In this document: positions 1-8,592 of the stretch, piece after piece
Layout: every line of letters begins with the position of its first letter
How positions within the stretch are numbered: the first letter of the stretch is position 1
IMG/VR virus record: IMGVR_UViG_3300005825_000044
Coordinates: 35,962-99,961 of that record
DNA from: a virus
Length of the DNA: 64,000 nt
Reading direction: 5' to 3' (one strand)
Notes under the pieces: model-generated
Database searches by the model: none
The model's input: only the letters and a program-made list of their open reading frames with translations
What the model was told of the DNA's origin: nothing
Made by a program: the position numbers and the translations under genes

Positions 1-2060
1 TTGGGATCCGTGGTGCCCTCGTCTGCGCCGCCTCGAGGAGCCGACCACGGGGTGCCCTCCCACGGTGGAGGTGGCGACATCAGAGGTCCCGGGGTGTGGC
101 TCCGCCACGCAGCGTCGGGCATCGGCGCCGCGAGTGCCGGGATGCCGCCGGCCCCGATGCCGGAAAAGTCGACGCCGGGGATCCACCCAGCGATCGTGTC
201 GAGCGCGTCCGCGCCGATGCTGAGGATCTCGTCCCAGCCTGCCTTCCACGCCTTCGGGAAGTCCTCGAGCCACTCCGCGATCATCTTCACGCCGGTGTCG
301 AAGTTCTGCCCCATCCCGAGGAAGTCGGTCTTGATCGAGAACGCGAGGAACGCGATCGCGGCGAGCCCGCCGATGATCCAAGTCAGCGGCGACGCGAGGA
401 ACGCGAGGTTCAGCCCGATGACAGCACCGCGCGCCACCACCATCGCGCGCGCGAACGCGAAGATCTTCCCGACCGAGAACACGACTGCTGCGACCGCCCC
501 CATCACGATCAGACCCTCGGTCATCACGCGCAGTGGCGTCGGTAGCGCGTCGATCCAGCGCCAGACCTTCTTCAGCGTGCTTGCCCAGTAGTCCCACGCG
601 TCGCCGAGCCCGGCGAAGTTGTTCTTCACCGCCCACACCGCAGCGGCGACGACGCCGATCGCGAGCGCGAACGGGCCGAGCGGGCCGAGCGCTGCCCACA
701 CACCGACGGCGAAACCGCGCATCCCTCCGGTCGCGAGCATGAGCCCGACCTTGAACAGCGGCCAGCCCACCGAGATCAGGAGCCCGGCGCCGGAGAGCAC
801 CAGCAGAGCGGAGCCGGCGAGCAGCGCTGCTGCACCGAACTGCTTCAGCGGCATCGGTGCCTTGTCCATCACGTTGATCAGCTTGTTCAGTGCGCCGGTC
901 AGCGAGTGGACGATGGGGCCGAGCACTCGCTCGAACGGCTCACCCGCCAGGATCTTGAAGGTCTCCACGGAGCCGCGGAGCAGGATCTTCTGGCCCTCGT
1001 AGTCCTTGAGGTAGCTCTTCGCCAGCTCGTCAGCGGCGCCGGTCGCGTTGATCTGCGTGTCGCGGAGGAACGCGATCGCCTCGGCGCCCTTCACGACCTG
1101 GCCGTTCGTCTTCTGGATACCGGTCTCGAGCTGCGTCATCGCGGCCGTGAGACCAGCGACGCTGCGCTTGCCGAACACCTCCTGAATGAAGCCCTTCTTC
1201 TCAGCCTCGGTCATGTCGACCGTCGCGACTGTGAGGTCGTTCACGACGTCCAGGAAGCGCCGGAACGTGCCGTCGTTGCGCACGACCTCGACGCCGATCG
1301 CCTTGAGCTTCTGCTGGGTCTTCGGGTCGACGAGCCGCTCCATCGACGTCGCGACCGCTGTCGCGGAGCGCTCCACCGTCGGGATCACGTTCTTGATCAG
1401 ACCGGCCGCGATCACGGTCTCCGTGATCGACTGACCGAACGCGTTCGCGCCCCGGCTCGCGATGCCGAGCGCGAGCGGCAGGTCTCGGGCGCGCAGCGCA
1501 GACGTCGTCGTCGCCCGGACGAGCTGGTCGACGGCGAGCGCGGCGTCCCTCGAGTCGAGCCCGAACGCCTTCATCGCCTGCGCGGCGAGACCCGCGGACT
1601 CCTCGGGCGAGAGGTCGCCGAGCGACGCCGCGGCGAGGTCCAGCGACGGCTTCAGCAGGTCGATCGACTGCCGCGCGTTGAAGCCCTGCTGCGTCAGCGC
1701 ACGGAGCCCCTGCACAGCCTCGTCCGGACTGAACTGCGTCGCGATGCCGGCGTCGATCGCGGCGCGGCGCAGGTTCACCAACTCGCTCGTGCTGGCCTGC
1801 GCGATCACGCGGACGCCCTCGAGCCCCTGAGTGAACTTCCCCGCGGCGTTCGCGAACGCGAATGACGCGCCGAGACCCGCCGCACCGAGCCCGATCCCGA
1901 TGATGGCACCGCCGAGCTTCTTCATGACCCCGTCGAGGTTGCGGACTGACGCGACGCCGTCCCGCTCGAGTTTCTTGAAAGAGTTGCTGAGCCTGCGGAG
2001 CCCGCCGGTCGCGAGGTCCTTGCTCGTGAAGAGGAAGCTTAGTCCGAGCGAGTTGAGCAT
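1..2060 (-). CDS. Tape measure protein, TP901-like family (5' part; runs off the window edge)
   Basis: Manual translation from ATG at 2060: MLNSLGLSFLFTSKD...AIDAGIATQFSPDEAVQGLRALTQQGF...LKPSLDLAAA, a typical TMP core followed by hydrophobic Ala/Gly-rich helices; lies after tube and chaperone genes. Missing from the ORF track because it has no stop inside the window. Confidence 0.9.
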   Translation of the reverse strand, partial: MLNSLGLSFLFTSKDLATGGLRRLSNSFKKLERDGVASVRNLDGVMKKLGGAIIGIGLGAAGLGASFAFANAAGKFTQGLEGVRVIAQASTSELVNLRRAAIDAGIATQFSPDEAVQGLRALTQQGFNARQSIDLLKPSLDLAAASLGDLSPEESAGLAAQAMKAFGLDSRDAALAVDQLVRATTTSALRARDLPLALGIASRGANAFGQSITETVIAAGLIKNVIPTVERSATAVATSMERLVDPKTQQKLKAIGVEVVRNDGTFRRFLDVVNDLTVATVDMTEAEKKGFIQEVFGKRSVAGLTAAMTQLETGIQKTNGQVVKGAEAIAFLRDTQINATGAADELAKSYLKDYEGQKILLRGSVETFKILAGEPFERVLGPIVHSLTGALNKLINVMDKAPMPLKQFGAAALLAGSALLVLSGAGLLISVGWPLFKVGLMLATGGMRGFAVGVWAALGPLGPFALAIGVVAAAVWAVKNNFAGLGDAWDYWASTLKKVWRWIDALPTPLRVMTEGLIVMGAVAAVVFSVGKIFAFARAMVVARGAVIGLNLAFLASPLTWIIGGLAAIAFLAFSIKTDFLGMGQNFDTGVKMIAEWLEDFPKAWKAGWDEILSIGADALDTIAGWIPGVDFSGIGAGGIPALAAPMPDAAWRSHTPGPLMSPPPPWEGTPWSAPRGGADEGTTDP

Positions 2061-2342
2061 CTAACCGTCCACGGGACCGCCGCTCGGCGCCTTCGACAGA
2101 GCGCTGTACTCCGCAGCGCGCCTCTCCACGACGTCGTCATAGTAGCGGAGCAGGTCACCCACCGCGACCTCGTCGCAGTCCCGCGGCGACCAGCCGAGAC
2201 CGATGCCGCCGAACGAGTGCCAACCCAGCTCGAAGTAGACCGCGCGGAGCGTCTCCGCGTCGATCACGTCGATCGCACCGAGCAGCTCGAGCCCGCTTAC
2301 AGAGCCGCGCGAGTCGGTAGAAAGAAGCCCCGTTCGAAAGGG
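2061..2342 (-). CDS. -1 frameshift extension of the tail assembly chaperone (lambda gpGT-like)
   Basis: The -1 frame stays open from the slippery site to TAG 2061-2063, which abuts the TMP ATG; encodes ...LGAIDVIDAETLRAVYFELGWHSFGG...; no ATG or SD of its own. Confidence 0.65.
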   Translation of the reverse strand, partial: PFRTGLLSTDSRGSVSGLELLGAIDVIDAETLRAVYFELGWHSFGGIGLGWSPRDCDEVAVGDLLRYYDDVVERRAAEYSALSKAPSGGPVDG

Positions 2343-3112
2343 AGCTGGAGCTTCGTCGTACCCCCGCAGTCCGGGCAGAGGACCTCTATCTCGACGCGGA
2401 CGCCGAAGTCGACGTCGTCGAACGAGTCCACCAGCCTCGTCATGTCGGCGAGCGGGAGGTCGTCGAGGAACGCCAGGATCTGCTTCACGCTCGGCGGGTT
2501 CCCGGTGACCCCGGGCGCCGCAGTGATCCGTGTCGCGGCGCCGACCAGGACGTTGCGGCGCTCCGCGAGACCCGCGGTGCTCCCCTTCTCGACGATGTTC
2601 TTCGCGATGCGTGGCTGGGCCTCGAGGTCTCGCCCGGTCAGCAGCTTGTGCTTGACCACGACTCCGCCGCTCAGCTCGGTCTCGAAGCTGTTCGTCCCGC
2701 CGAGGAGAGTCTCCAGGGTCGACTCCGGGATCTGCTTCACCTCGAGGTCGTTCAGGTCGACCTGCCACTTGATCTTCGCGCGGCACGCCATGACGCCGCA
2801 GTCGACGTCGAACTGGTAGAGGTGGTGGTCGGGGTACGTCGCGCGCCGGATCTGGAACAGCGCGTAGAACCGGTCCGCCGCGTAGCCGTCCGCCCAGTCG
2901 AAGCTCTCCGGGTAGACCCCGTGGTCCACGGTCTCGAGCCAGCACGCGTTCAGCACGCGCGTCACGGCCGCCTCAGCCCCGCTCCCTACCCCGTCGAGGA
3001 TCTCCCGTAGCTCGCGGCCCTTCATGCCGCGGACCCTGCCGGAGAGCCCGCTGGGGCACCGCACGAGCCCGTCGTCGACCGCCCCGATACCCGACTCGCC
3101 GCTTCCGTCCAT
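2297..3112 (-). CDS. Tail assembly chaperone with C-terminal CxxC (alternative start ATG 3025)
   Basis: Sits between tube and TMP; ends IEVLCPDCGGTTKLQLPFERGFF, resembling myophage tail/baseplate-hub chaperones. Confidence 0.7.
   Translation of the reverse strand: MDGSGESGIGAVDDGLVRCPSGLSGRVRGMKGRELREILDGVGSGAEAAVTRVLNACWLETVDHGVYPESFDWADGYAADRFYALFQIRRATYPDHHLYQFDVDCGVMACRAKIKWQVDLNDLEVKQIPESTLETLLGGTNSFETELSGGVVVKHKLLTGRDLEAQPRIAKNIVEKGSTAGLAERRNVLVGAATRITAAPGVTGNPPSVKQILAFLDDLPLADMTRLVDSFDDVDFGVRVEIEVLCPDCGGTTKLQLPFERGFFLPTRAAL
2336..2342 (-). promoter_or_regulatory. -1 ribosomal frameshift heptamer C CCT TTC (X XXY YYZ)
   Basis: Minus strand reads CTC CCT TTC GAA in the chaperone frame; a -1 slip gives CCC TTT CGA, entering the open downstream frame. 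Confidence 0.65.
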
Positions 3113-3166
3113 GCCAGCGACTACAGCACGGACCGGGGCCGCTGTTCAACAGGGGCCCGGAAAGAC

Positions 3167-3194
3167 GACGGGCCCGGCCGAAGCCGAGCCCGTC
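3167..3194 (-). terminator. Hairpin/terminator-like element after tail tube gene
   Basis: GACGGGCUCGGC-UUCG-GCCGGGCCCGUC: 12-bp stem with a C(UUCG)G loop, followed by a weak GUCUUUCC tract. Confidence 0.55.
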
Positions 3195-3243
3195 AGTGAC
3201 CCACAGGAGGTGCAGGTTCCCTACTGGGTGGGGTGTAGCACGC

Positions 3244-3711
3244 TCAGGAGTTGCGCGGCAGCCCGAAGAAGTCGTACCGCAGCACCAGCGTCTCGATCAC
3301 GTTCGCGTCCGCGGTGTTGTCCCAGTCGCCCGCGGAGAACCGCTTCGGCCACGCGTTGAACAGGCGCCAGACCTTGACCACGGCGCCGGTGCGGTCGCGC
3401 TGCTGAACGTCGACCATCCGCTTGAAGACCGGCACGGCGGCACCGGTACCCTTCGCCGCGTTCGTGGTCTCGTTGAACCAGTCGAACATGTCGCGGTCAC
3501 TCGTCGCGCCGCGCATCAGCGTGACGTCCGGGATCGTGAGGCGGCCGGGCTGCTTGTCCGGGATGATGACGCCGCCCTCCCACTGGTCGATGTCGGCGTG
3601 CTCCCCGGCGATCTCCGAGCAGCTCTGGAATGCGGCAGCGCCGAAGCCGTCGATGCTGACGGTGAACTTGAACTTCGGCTGGTAGACGCGCGGTGTTCCG
3701 ATGACGGTCAT
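3244..3711 (-). CDS. Tail tube protein, T4 gp19-like family
   Basis: FKFTVSIDG..AAFQSCSEI..E.....EGG....KQPGR....DVTLMRG...DMFDWF...W.L.NAWP.RFS...D......IETLVLRYD motif series. Confidence 0.92.
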   Translation of the reverse strand: MTVIGTPRVYQPKFKFTVSIDGFGAAAFQSCSEIAGEHADIDQWEGGVIIPDKQPGRLTIPDVTLMRGATSDRDMFDWFNETTNAAKGTGAAVPVFKRMVDVQQRDRTGAVVKVWRLFNAWPKRFSAGDWDNTADANVIETLVLRYDFFGLPRNS

Positions 3712-3724
3712 CTAACGGCTCTCC

Positions 3725-5992
3725 TCATCCGTTCACGGCCGCGCTGATCTCAGCGTCGAGCGCTCGGGTGTCTTGGGTGAAGTCCAGGATCACGTACTCC
3801 GCGGGCTTCTGCGTGGCGAGCCCGATGCGCTGCCGGACCCGTCCAGCGAACTGCTCGCTCGGCGGATTGATGGCGGTGCCGGTGTCCACGTAGAACGCGG
3901 TGTCGGGGTCCTGCGTGCGGAACGCCTTCAGGCGCATCTGCATCAGCAGGAACGCGTTGGAGGTGCGGTCCATCTCGTCACGCAGCTCCTCGTCGTTGTT
4001 CCGGAACTTCGCGAACGCCATGCCCTTCTTGAGCGTCTGCTCGATGTACGTCGCACCGAGCCGCTCCGCGATCGTCGGGAAGTTGCCGGTGCTGCTCAGC
4101 GTGCGGACGCCGTCCAGCGTGTAGGGCGAGGTGTCGGAGTCCCGCGAGATCGGGTTGATCCGCTTCGGGTACAGGACGTCGCGGCGACCCTCGTCGAGGA
4201 CCTCGTCGGTCTCCAGCCCCGTGATGTACAGCGTACCCTTCGCGAGCCCGGCCGGGGGGTCGTAGACACCGCCGGCGCGCTGGCCAGCGGTGCGCGCGTA
4301 GACGCCAGCGACGAGCCCGCTGAACGGGACGACGATGCTGGCGTCCGACCCGTACACCGACGCCCTCGGGTTGCTGACCTTCACGCGCGGCCAGTAGCAG
4401 GCACCGTGCTCCGTCAGCTCGAGCAGCGCAGCGGTCGTCCCGTAGTACGTCACGGCCTGGGCCGCGGTGAGTCCGGCTGGGCAGTCCGCGACGAAGAAGA
4501 ACGCGCCGCCGCGCGTGGTCTCCGCGTAGGACGCCATGGCGACTCCCACTGCGGGGGTCGGTCGGTCCGGCACGGAGAGGATCCCGGAGTCGACGGGGAT
4601 GTCGAAGCTGTGCAGCCCGTTCTTCGCCGCGTCCGAACCGACGAAGTCCGCGTCGGCGATCGCGCTGAGACCGTCGTCACCGCCTGCCAGGGGCCCGAAC
4701 GGCACAGGGGTAGAGCCGGGGCTGTTCGCGGGGCGCTCCGCGCTCGGGGTCGACGGGTTCACGTCGAGGTCGGTAACCGCGATGAACGCAGAGGGGTCCG
4801 TCGGGTCGTTGATCACGGTCTCCACGAAGCGCGCCGCGGTGTCGTCCATCGAGAGGTTGGCGTGCCGCTCCACGACGACGCCGTCCTGGAGCACAGCGAG
4901 GTTGAACTCGGCAGCGACGCCGCTCGTCGCGTCCTCGATCAGGATCGTGAGCCCGTTGCCGTACGCGCCGTAGTACCGTGCGTCGACCTTGAGAGTGTTC
5001 GCCGCAGCCCCGCTCGAGCCGGAATGCGTCGCGTTGTCGATCCCAAGCTCGTCGTCGAGCGTCGAGGTCGCCTCCACCTGGACGCTCGAGGTCGGCCCCG
5101 TGGTGTCCGAGGTGAACGTCGGGATACCGGCTGCGTCGGTCACGGTCACGCCCGCGACGTCGGCCTCCACGACCGTCTTGATCTCAGCGACCGTGACCTG
5201 GGTGATGTCCACGACGTCGCCGGTGCCGTCGACCTGTACGGTCGAGAACCCCAGCGCGCCGTTCGCGGTGCCGCCGTTGACCTTCACGCTCGAGCCGGTG
5301 CCCTTCGTGTCCGAAGTGATGCGGGGGTCGCCGGAGTTGAGGTCGGCGAGCGCGCCGCTGATCTTCGCGTTGATCACGGCAGCGACCTCGGCACCCGTCG
5401 CCGCACCGATGCTCACGAACTCGCCGGTCAGGAAGGTGATCGTCTGCTCCGACCCGCCGTCGATCTCGACCAGCAGGGTCTGGCCGTTCGACAGCGCGTA
5501 CGTCGGCGAGCTGCCGGCAGTGAGCGCGGCGGCCGTGGCGTCGAACGTCGCAGTGTCGGTGCCGCCGCCGTCGATCGAGAAGTCCAGCGTGCCGCCGGGC
5601 GAGAACTCGAACGGGGCCGCGTTCGTGCCGGCAGCGACGCCGGCCGATGCAGCGGCCGCGGCCGTCGCGAGGTTCAGCGTGGCCTTCACGGCAGCGACGG
5701 CCGCCGGGTTGTCGACGTCCGTGTAGTGGACGACGCGCGTGAAGTAGCACTTCGCTCCCTCGCCGGCGTGCTGGAAGAAGCCGCGCACCGAGTTGGAGCC
5801 GTAGCCCGCCGCGATGTCCCTGCCGAAGATCCGGACGTAGTCGTCGTAACCCGTCAGCAGGGTGGCGACGCCGACCGGGCCCTTCTCGGAGATGCCGAGG
5901 CAGCACCACGTCGACACGTCGACCCCCTGAGGGATCCTCGTCTTCGGGGGAGACTCCTCGACGCTGACCTTCGCGGATAGCTGTTGTGCCAT
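3725..5992 (-). CDS. Contractile tail sheath protein with inserted domains
   Basis: N-terminal G.SEKGPVG.ATLLTGYDDYVRIFG; C-terminal YWPRVKV...VPFSGLVAGVYART...LYPKRINPI...LDGVRTL...RQRIGLATQKPAEYVILDFTQ. Confidence 0.95.
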   Translation of the reverse strand: MAQQLSAKVSVEESPPKTRIPQGVDVSTWCCLGISEKGPVGVATLLTGYDDYVRIFGRDIAAGYGSNSVRGFFQHAGEGAKCYFTRVVHYTDVDNPAAVAAVKATLNLATAAAAASAGVAAGTNAAPFEFSPGGTLDFSIDGGGTDTATFDATAAALTAGSSPTYALSNGQTLLVEIDGGSEQTITFLTGEFVSIGAATGAEVAAVINAKISGALADLNSGDPRITSDTKGTGSSVKVNGGTANGALGFSTVQVDGTGDVVDITQVTVAEIKTVVEADVAGVTVTDAAGIPTFTSDTTGPTSSVQVEATSTLDDELGIDNATHSGSSGAAANTLKVDARYYGAYGNGLTILIEDATSGVAAEFNLAVLQDGVVVERHANLSMDDTAARFVETVINDPTDPSAFIAVTDLDVNPSTPSAERPANSPGSTPVPFGPLAGGDDGLSAIADADFVGSDAAKNGLHSFDIPVDSGILSVPDRPTPAVGVAMASYAETTRGGAFFFVADCPAGLTAAQAVTYYGTTAALLELTEHGACYWPRVKVSNPRASVYGSDASIVVPFSGLVAGVYARTAGQRAGGVYDPPAGLAKGTLYITGLETDEVLDEGRRDVLYPKRINPISRDSDTSPYTLDGVRTLSSTGNFPTIAERLGATYIEQTLKKGMAFAKFRNNDEELRDEMDRTSNAFLLMQMRLKAFRTQDPDTAFYVDTGTAINPPSEQFAGRVRQRIGLATQKPAEYVILDFTQDTRALDAEISAAVNG

Positions 5993-6006
5993 CTAACCAG
6001 TCCTCC

Positions 6007-6444
6007 TCATTCGCTGTCCGGCTCGCCCGGCTCGTCGGTGCTCGGTGCCTTCGCAGGCATGCTCGCACGGCGCCGCGCGCCACCGCGAGTCCGCGTCACC
6101 GACTGCTGCCTCTCGCCGTCGTCCGAGTCGACCCGGGAGATCGTGATCATCCCGCTCGCCAGCAGGCCTGCGACCTGAGTGCATCGCTCGAACTCCGCGG
6201 GGAGACCCTCGAGTACGCCCCCCGGCATGATCGTCACCGAGCCGGGGCTCTCCAGACGCTTCCGCGTCGGCGACGCCGCTGGCCTGACGATCTTCCCGTC
6301 ACGGGTGCCGACCGCGGCGCGGCCCCCCGTGGTCACGACGCGCCGGGAGAACCCGAAGCGGCGCTCGCGGAAGCGGGGGTGGTCGAGCACCACGACCACT
6401 GCGGTCCTGAGCTTCTTCGTCGCGGTCACGTTCACAGTGGTCAT
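6007..6444 (-). CDS. Hypothetical basic protein upstream of sheath
   Basis: 145 aa ORF tiling between the terminator-like gene and the sheath gene. Confidence 0.6.
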   Translation of the reverse strand: MTTVNVTATKKLRTAVVVVLDHPRFRERRFGFSRRVVTTGGRAAVGTRDGKIVRPAASPTRKRLESPGSVTIMPGGVLEGLPAEFERCTQVAGLLASGMITISRVDSDDGERQQSVTRTRGGARRRASMPAKAPSTDEPGEPDSE

Positions 6445-6462
6445 TTCAGATCTCCCTGCTCA

Positions 6463-7437
6463 TCAGATTGAGGTCACCTCGATGACGGCGTCCTCGGTGA
6501 CGGTGTGCTGCATGTCGACGACCTCGCTGAACCCTGCGTCGTCCTCGATGTCGAAACCCCGGATCATGAAGCGCCCCGAGAAGAATCCGACGTTGCTGGT
6601 GCTCGCGCTAGGGTCTACGCGGAGATCGCCGCCGGCTGCAAGCTCCAGCACGTAGCGGACGGTGCCGGCGCCGGGGTCGCTGGGGTCGCGCAGCATCGCG
6701 ACGTACCGGTTCCGGCGGAAGAAGACGCGCGTCGACGCGAGCAGCCCGAGCAGCTCCATCGGGTTGTCGCTGACGCCAACGATGTCGAAGCCGACGCTCA
6801 CGGTGTCGGACGAGCGACGGACCTCGGTCACGAGCCCCGTGGTCAGCTTCACGTCCTGGTTGTCGCGGTAGAACAGGTCGTCGCTCAGCGTGACGCCGAA
6901 GATCACCAGCGCCGGCATCTCCGCGACGGTCCGCGCGATAGCGTCCACGAACTCGAGCTTGTCGGAGTCCGCGTAGTCGGTGTGGGTCGTGATCGAGACG
7001 TTCGCGATCACCTGGGCCCGCAGCGCGCGGAGCATCGTCCGCGTGAGCCGCTGCAGGTCGCTCTCCACCGCGAGCTGCGGCCGCTGGTACGCGAACGCGC
7101 CGGCGGCCGTGACGACCTCCCCGGCAACGTCGACACCAGAGGCGTCCACGTTGCGGACCTCGACGTCGACGGCACCCTCGCCGTAGTCGGGCTGCACGAC
7201 CTCGAGCGGCGTCTGCGGTACCCGCGCGTAGACCACTGTGTCGGAGACCGCGACCACGTACTCGCTCTCGGCACCGCCGAACCGCACCGCGACCGGGGAG
7301 ACGTACGCCGCACCGGGACCCGCGCTCGCCGCTGGGATCGTCCAGGTCCGGAAGCCGGTGCCGGTGATCTTCACGAGGTAGCCGCCGCCGGGAAGGCCTA
7401 CCGCGGGTGACACCGCAGTGATCGTCGGGACTGCCAT
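6463..7437 (-). CDS. IPT/TIG domain fused to tail terminator-like protein
   Basis: N-terminal PTITAVSP..G...GG..VKITGTGF is an IPT/TIG signature; C-terminal half and position before the sheath suggest a tail completion/terminator protein. Confidence 0.65.
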   Translation of the reverse strand: MAVPTITAVSPAVGLPGGGYLVKITGTGFRTWTIPAASAGPGAAYVSPVAVRFGGAESEYVVAVSDTVVYARVPQTPLEVVQPDYGEGAVDVEVRNVDASGVDVAGEVVTAAGAFAYQRPQLAVESDLQRLTRTMLRALRAQVIANVSITTHTDYADSDKLEFVDAIARTVAEMPALVIFGVTLSDDLFYRDNQDVKLTTGLVTEVRRSSDTVSVGFDIVGVSDNPMELLGLLASTRVFFRRNRYVAMLRDPSDPGAGTVRYVLELAAGGDLRVDPSASTSNVGFFSGRFMIRGFDIEDDAGFSEVVDMQHTVTEDAVIEVTSI

Positions 7438-7442
7438 GACCG

Positions 7443-8111
7443 CTACTTTCCACCGAACGCGAAGCCGGTGTCGACAGCGATGCTGCGCGCGAGCCGCAGC
7501 TTGACCGCGACGGGGTTCGCGATGATCTGCTCGATCACCGGCGACATGAAGGGCCTCGGAGGGATCCTCACGATCACGACGCGGTCCGACGATGCGCGGG
7601 TCCCGCTACCGGTCCACTCGGAGAAGTCCACGTCGTCGCTGCTCCAGTCGAACAGCACCGCGAAGTAGCGCATCATCGCGGGCGTCATCTTCATCACGTG
7701 CACGGAGCCGAACTCCTGCACAGCGGCGACGTTCACGAGGTCCTCGCCGCTCGGTGTGCGGGCGCCCCGGAGCACGCCCATCACGAACGTGCCGGGCCCG
7801 AGCCGCTTCACGGTAACGCTCCTCCGCAGCGCCCCGGTGCGGCTCAGTGCCTTGGTGCCGCGGAAGCCCTGGAGCCGGCGCGCCGCGAGGGTGCTCGCAG
7901 CCAGCGGCTTGAACGGGCGGCCGCCCGGCGCCTGCTTCGCGATGCCGTCGACGACCTGGCCGCGGGCCCGCAGAGCCTCGCGGTACACCGCGTTGTCCAG
8001 CGCCAGCGCGAGCCGAGCCCGGGCCGCGATCGCCGCGCGCGCGGTGCCCCACTGTCCGGTGAGCTTCAGCTCCATCCCGGACAGAGTCTCAGCGCGGTGC
8101 CGATCTGTCAC
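7443..8111 (-). CDS. Virion morphogenesis / tail completion protein (Mu gpG-like); probable start 8075
   Basis: PLAASTLAARR...TKALSRTGALRRSV...AAVQEFG...IPPRPFM. Confidence 0.8.
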   Translation of the reverse strand: MTDRHRAETLSGMELKLTGQWGTARAAIAARARLALALDNAVYREALRARGQVVDGIAKQAPGGRPFKPLAASTLAARRLQGFRGTKALSRTGALRRSVTVKRLGPGTFVMGVLRGARTPSGEDLVNVAAVQEFGSVHVMKMTPAMMRYFAVLFDWSSDDVDFSEWTGSGTRASSDRVVIVRIPPRPFMSPVIEQIIANPVAVKLRLARSIAVDTGFAFGGK

Positions 8112-8592
8112 GCTGCTCGAACACGACCAGAAACAGGTTCCGCTTCGGCCCGAGCCCGAACCCGATACTCCGGGCCTCCACAGCGTAGAACCCGCCGGCG
8201 TCGCCGGAGAGGTCCTCGACGAGCGCGCACGACCCGGGCTCCCTGATCTCCACGAGCTTGTCGCCGGGGTCGCCGAGCAGCGGCTTGCCGGCAGCGTCGA
8301 CGAGCGATAGCCGCTCGAGGTCGCGGAAGTGGAAGATCAGGACGCGGTGATTCTTCGGGCTCTTGCCCGCAGCGAGCATGCGGAGCCGTGCCTGCTCGTC
8401 GCTCTCGACCTGCGCCGGCACCGTGACCCTGCAGGTCTCCCGCACGACAGCGCCGCGCGCGGAGCCCGAGCCCGGGGTGATCGTCGGCGCGCGGAAGTCG
8501 TCGTCGTAGCCGCCGTCGGTGTGCGCGGTGAGCCCGGCGTCGACCCGCTCGATCGTGCAGTCGAACGGAAAGATCAGTCGGCCGCGGGCCAT
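8089..8592 (-). CDS. Putative head closure (stopper) protein
   Basis: ATG 8592 overlaps the upstream TGA (TGATG); beta-rich 167 aa protein between adaptor and completion genes. Call rests on position. Confidence 0.55.
   Translation of the reverse strand: MARGRLIFPFDCTIERVDAGLTAHTDGGYDDDFRAPTITPGSGSARGAVVRETCRVTVPAQVESDEQARLRMLAAGKSPKNHRVLIFHFRDLERLSLVDAAGKPLLGDPGDKLVEIREPGSCALVEDLSGDAGGFYAVEARSIGFGLGPKRNLFLVVFEQRDRSAPR

Noticed and set aside
3773-5980. Long plus-strand ORFs (also 906..1865, 11512..13164, 16340..18118, 36023..38251, 57681..59240)
   Set aside because: Antisense shadows of clear minus-strand genes, expected at high GC3; no recognisable domains or SD.
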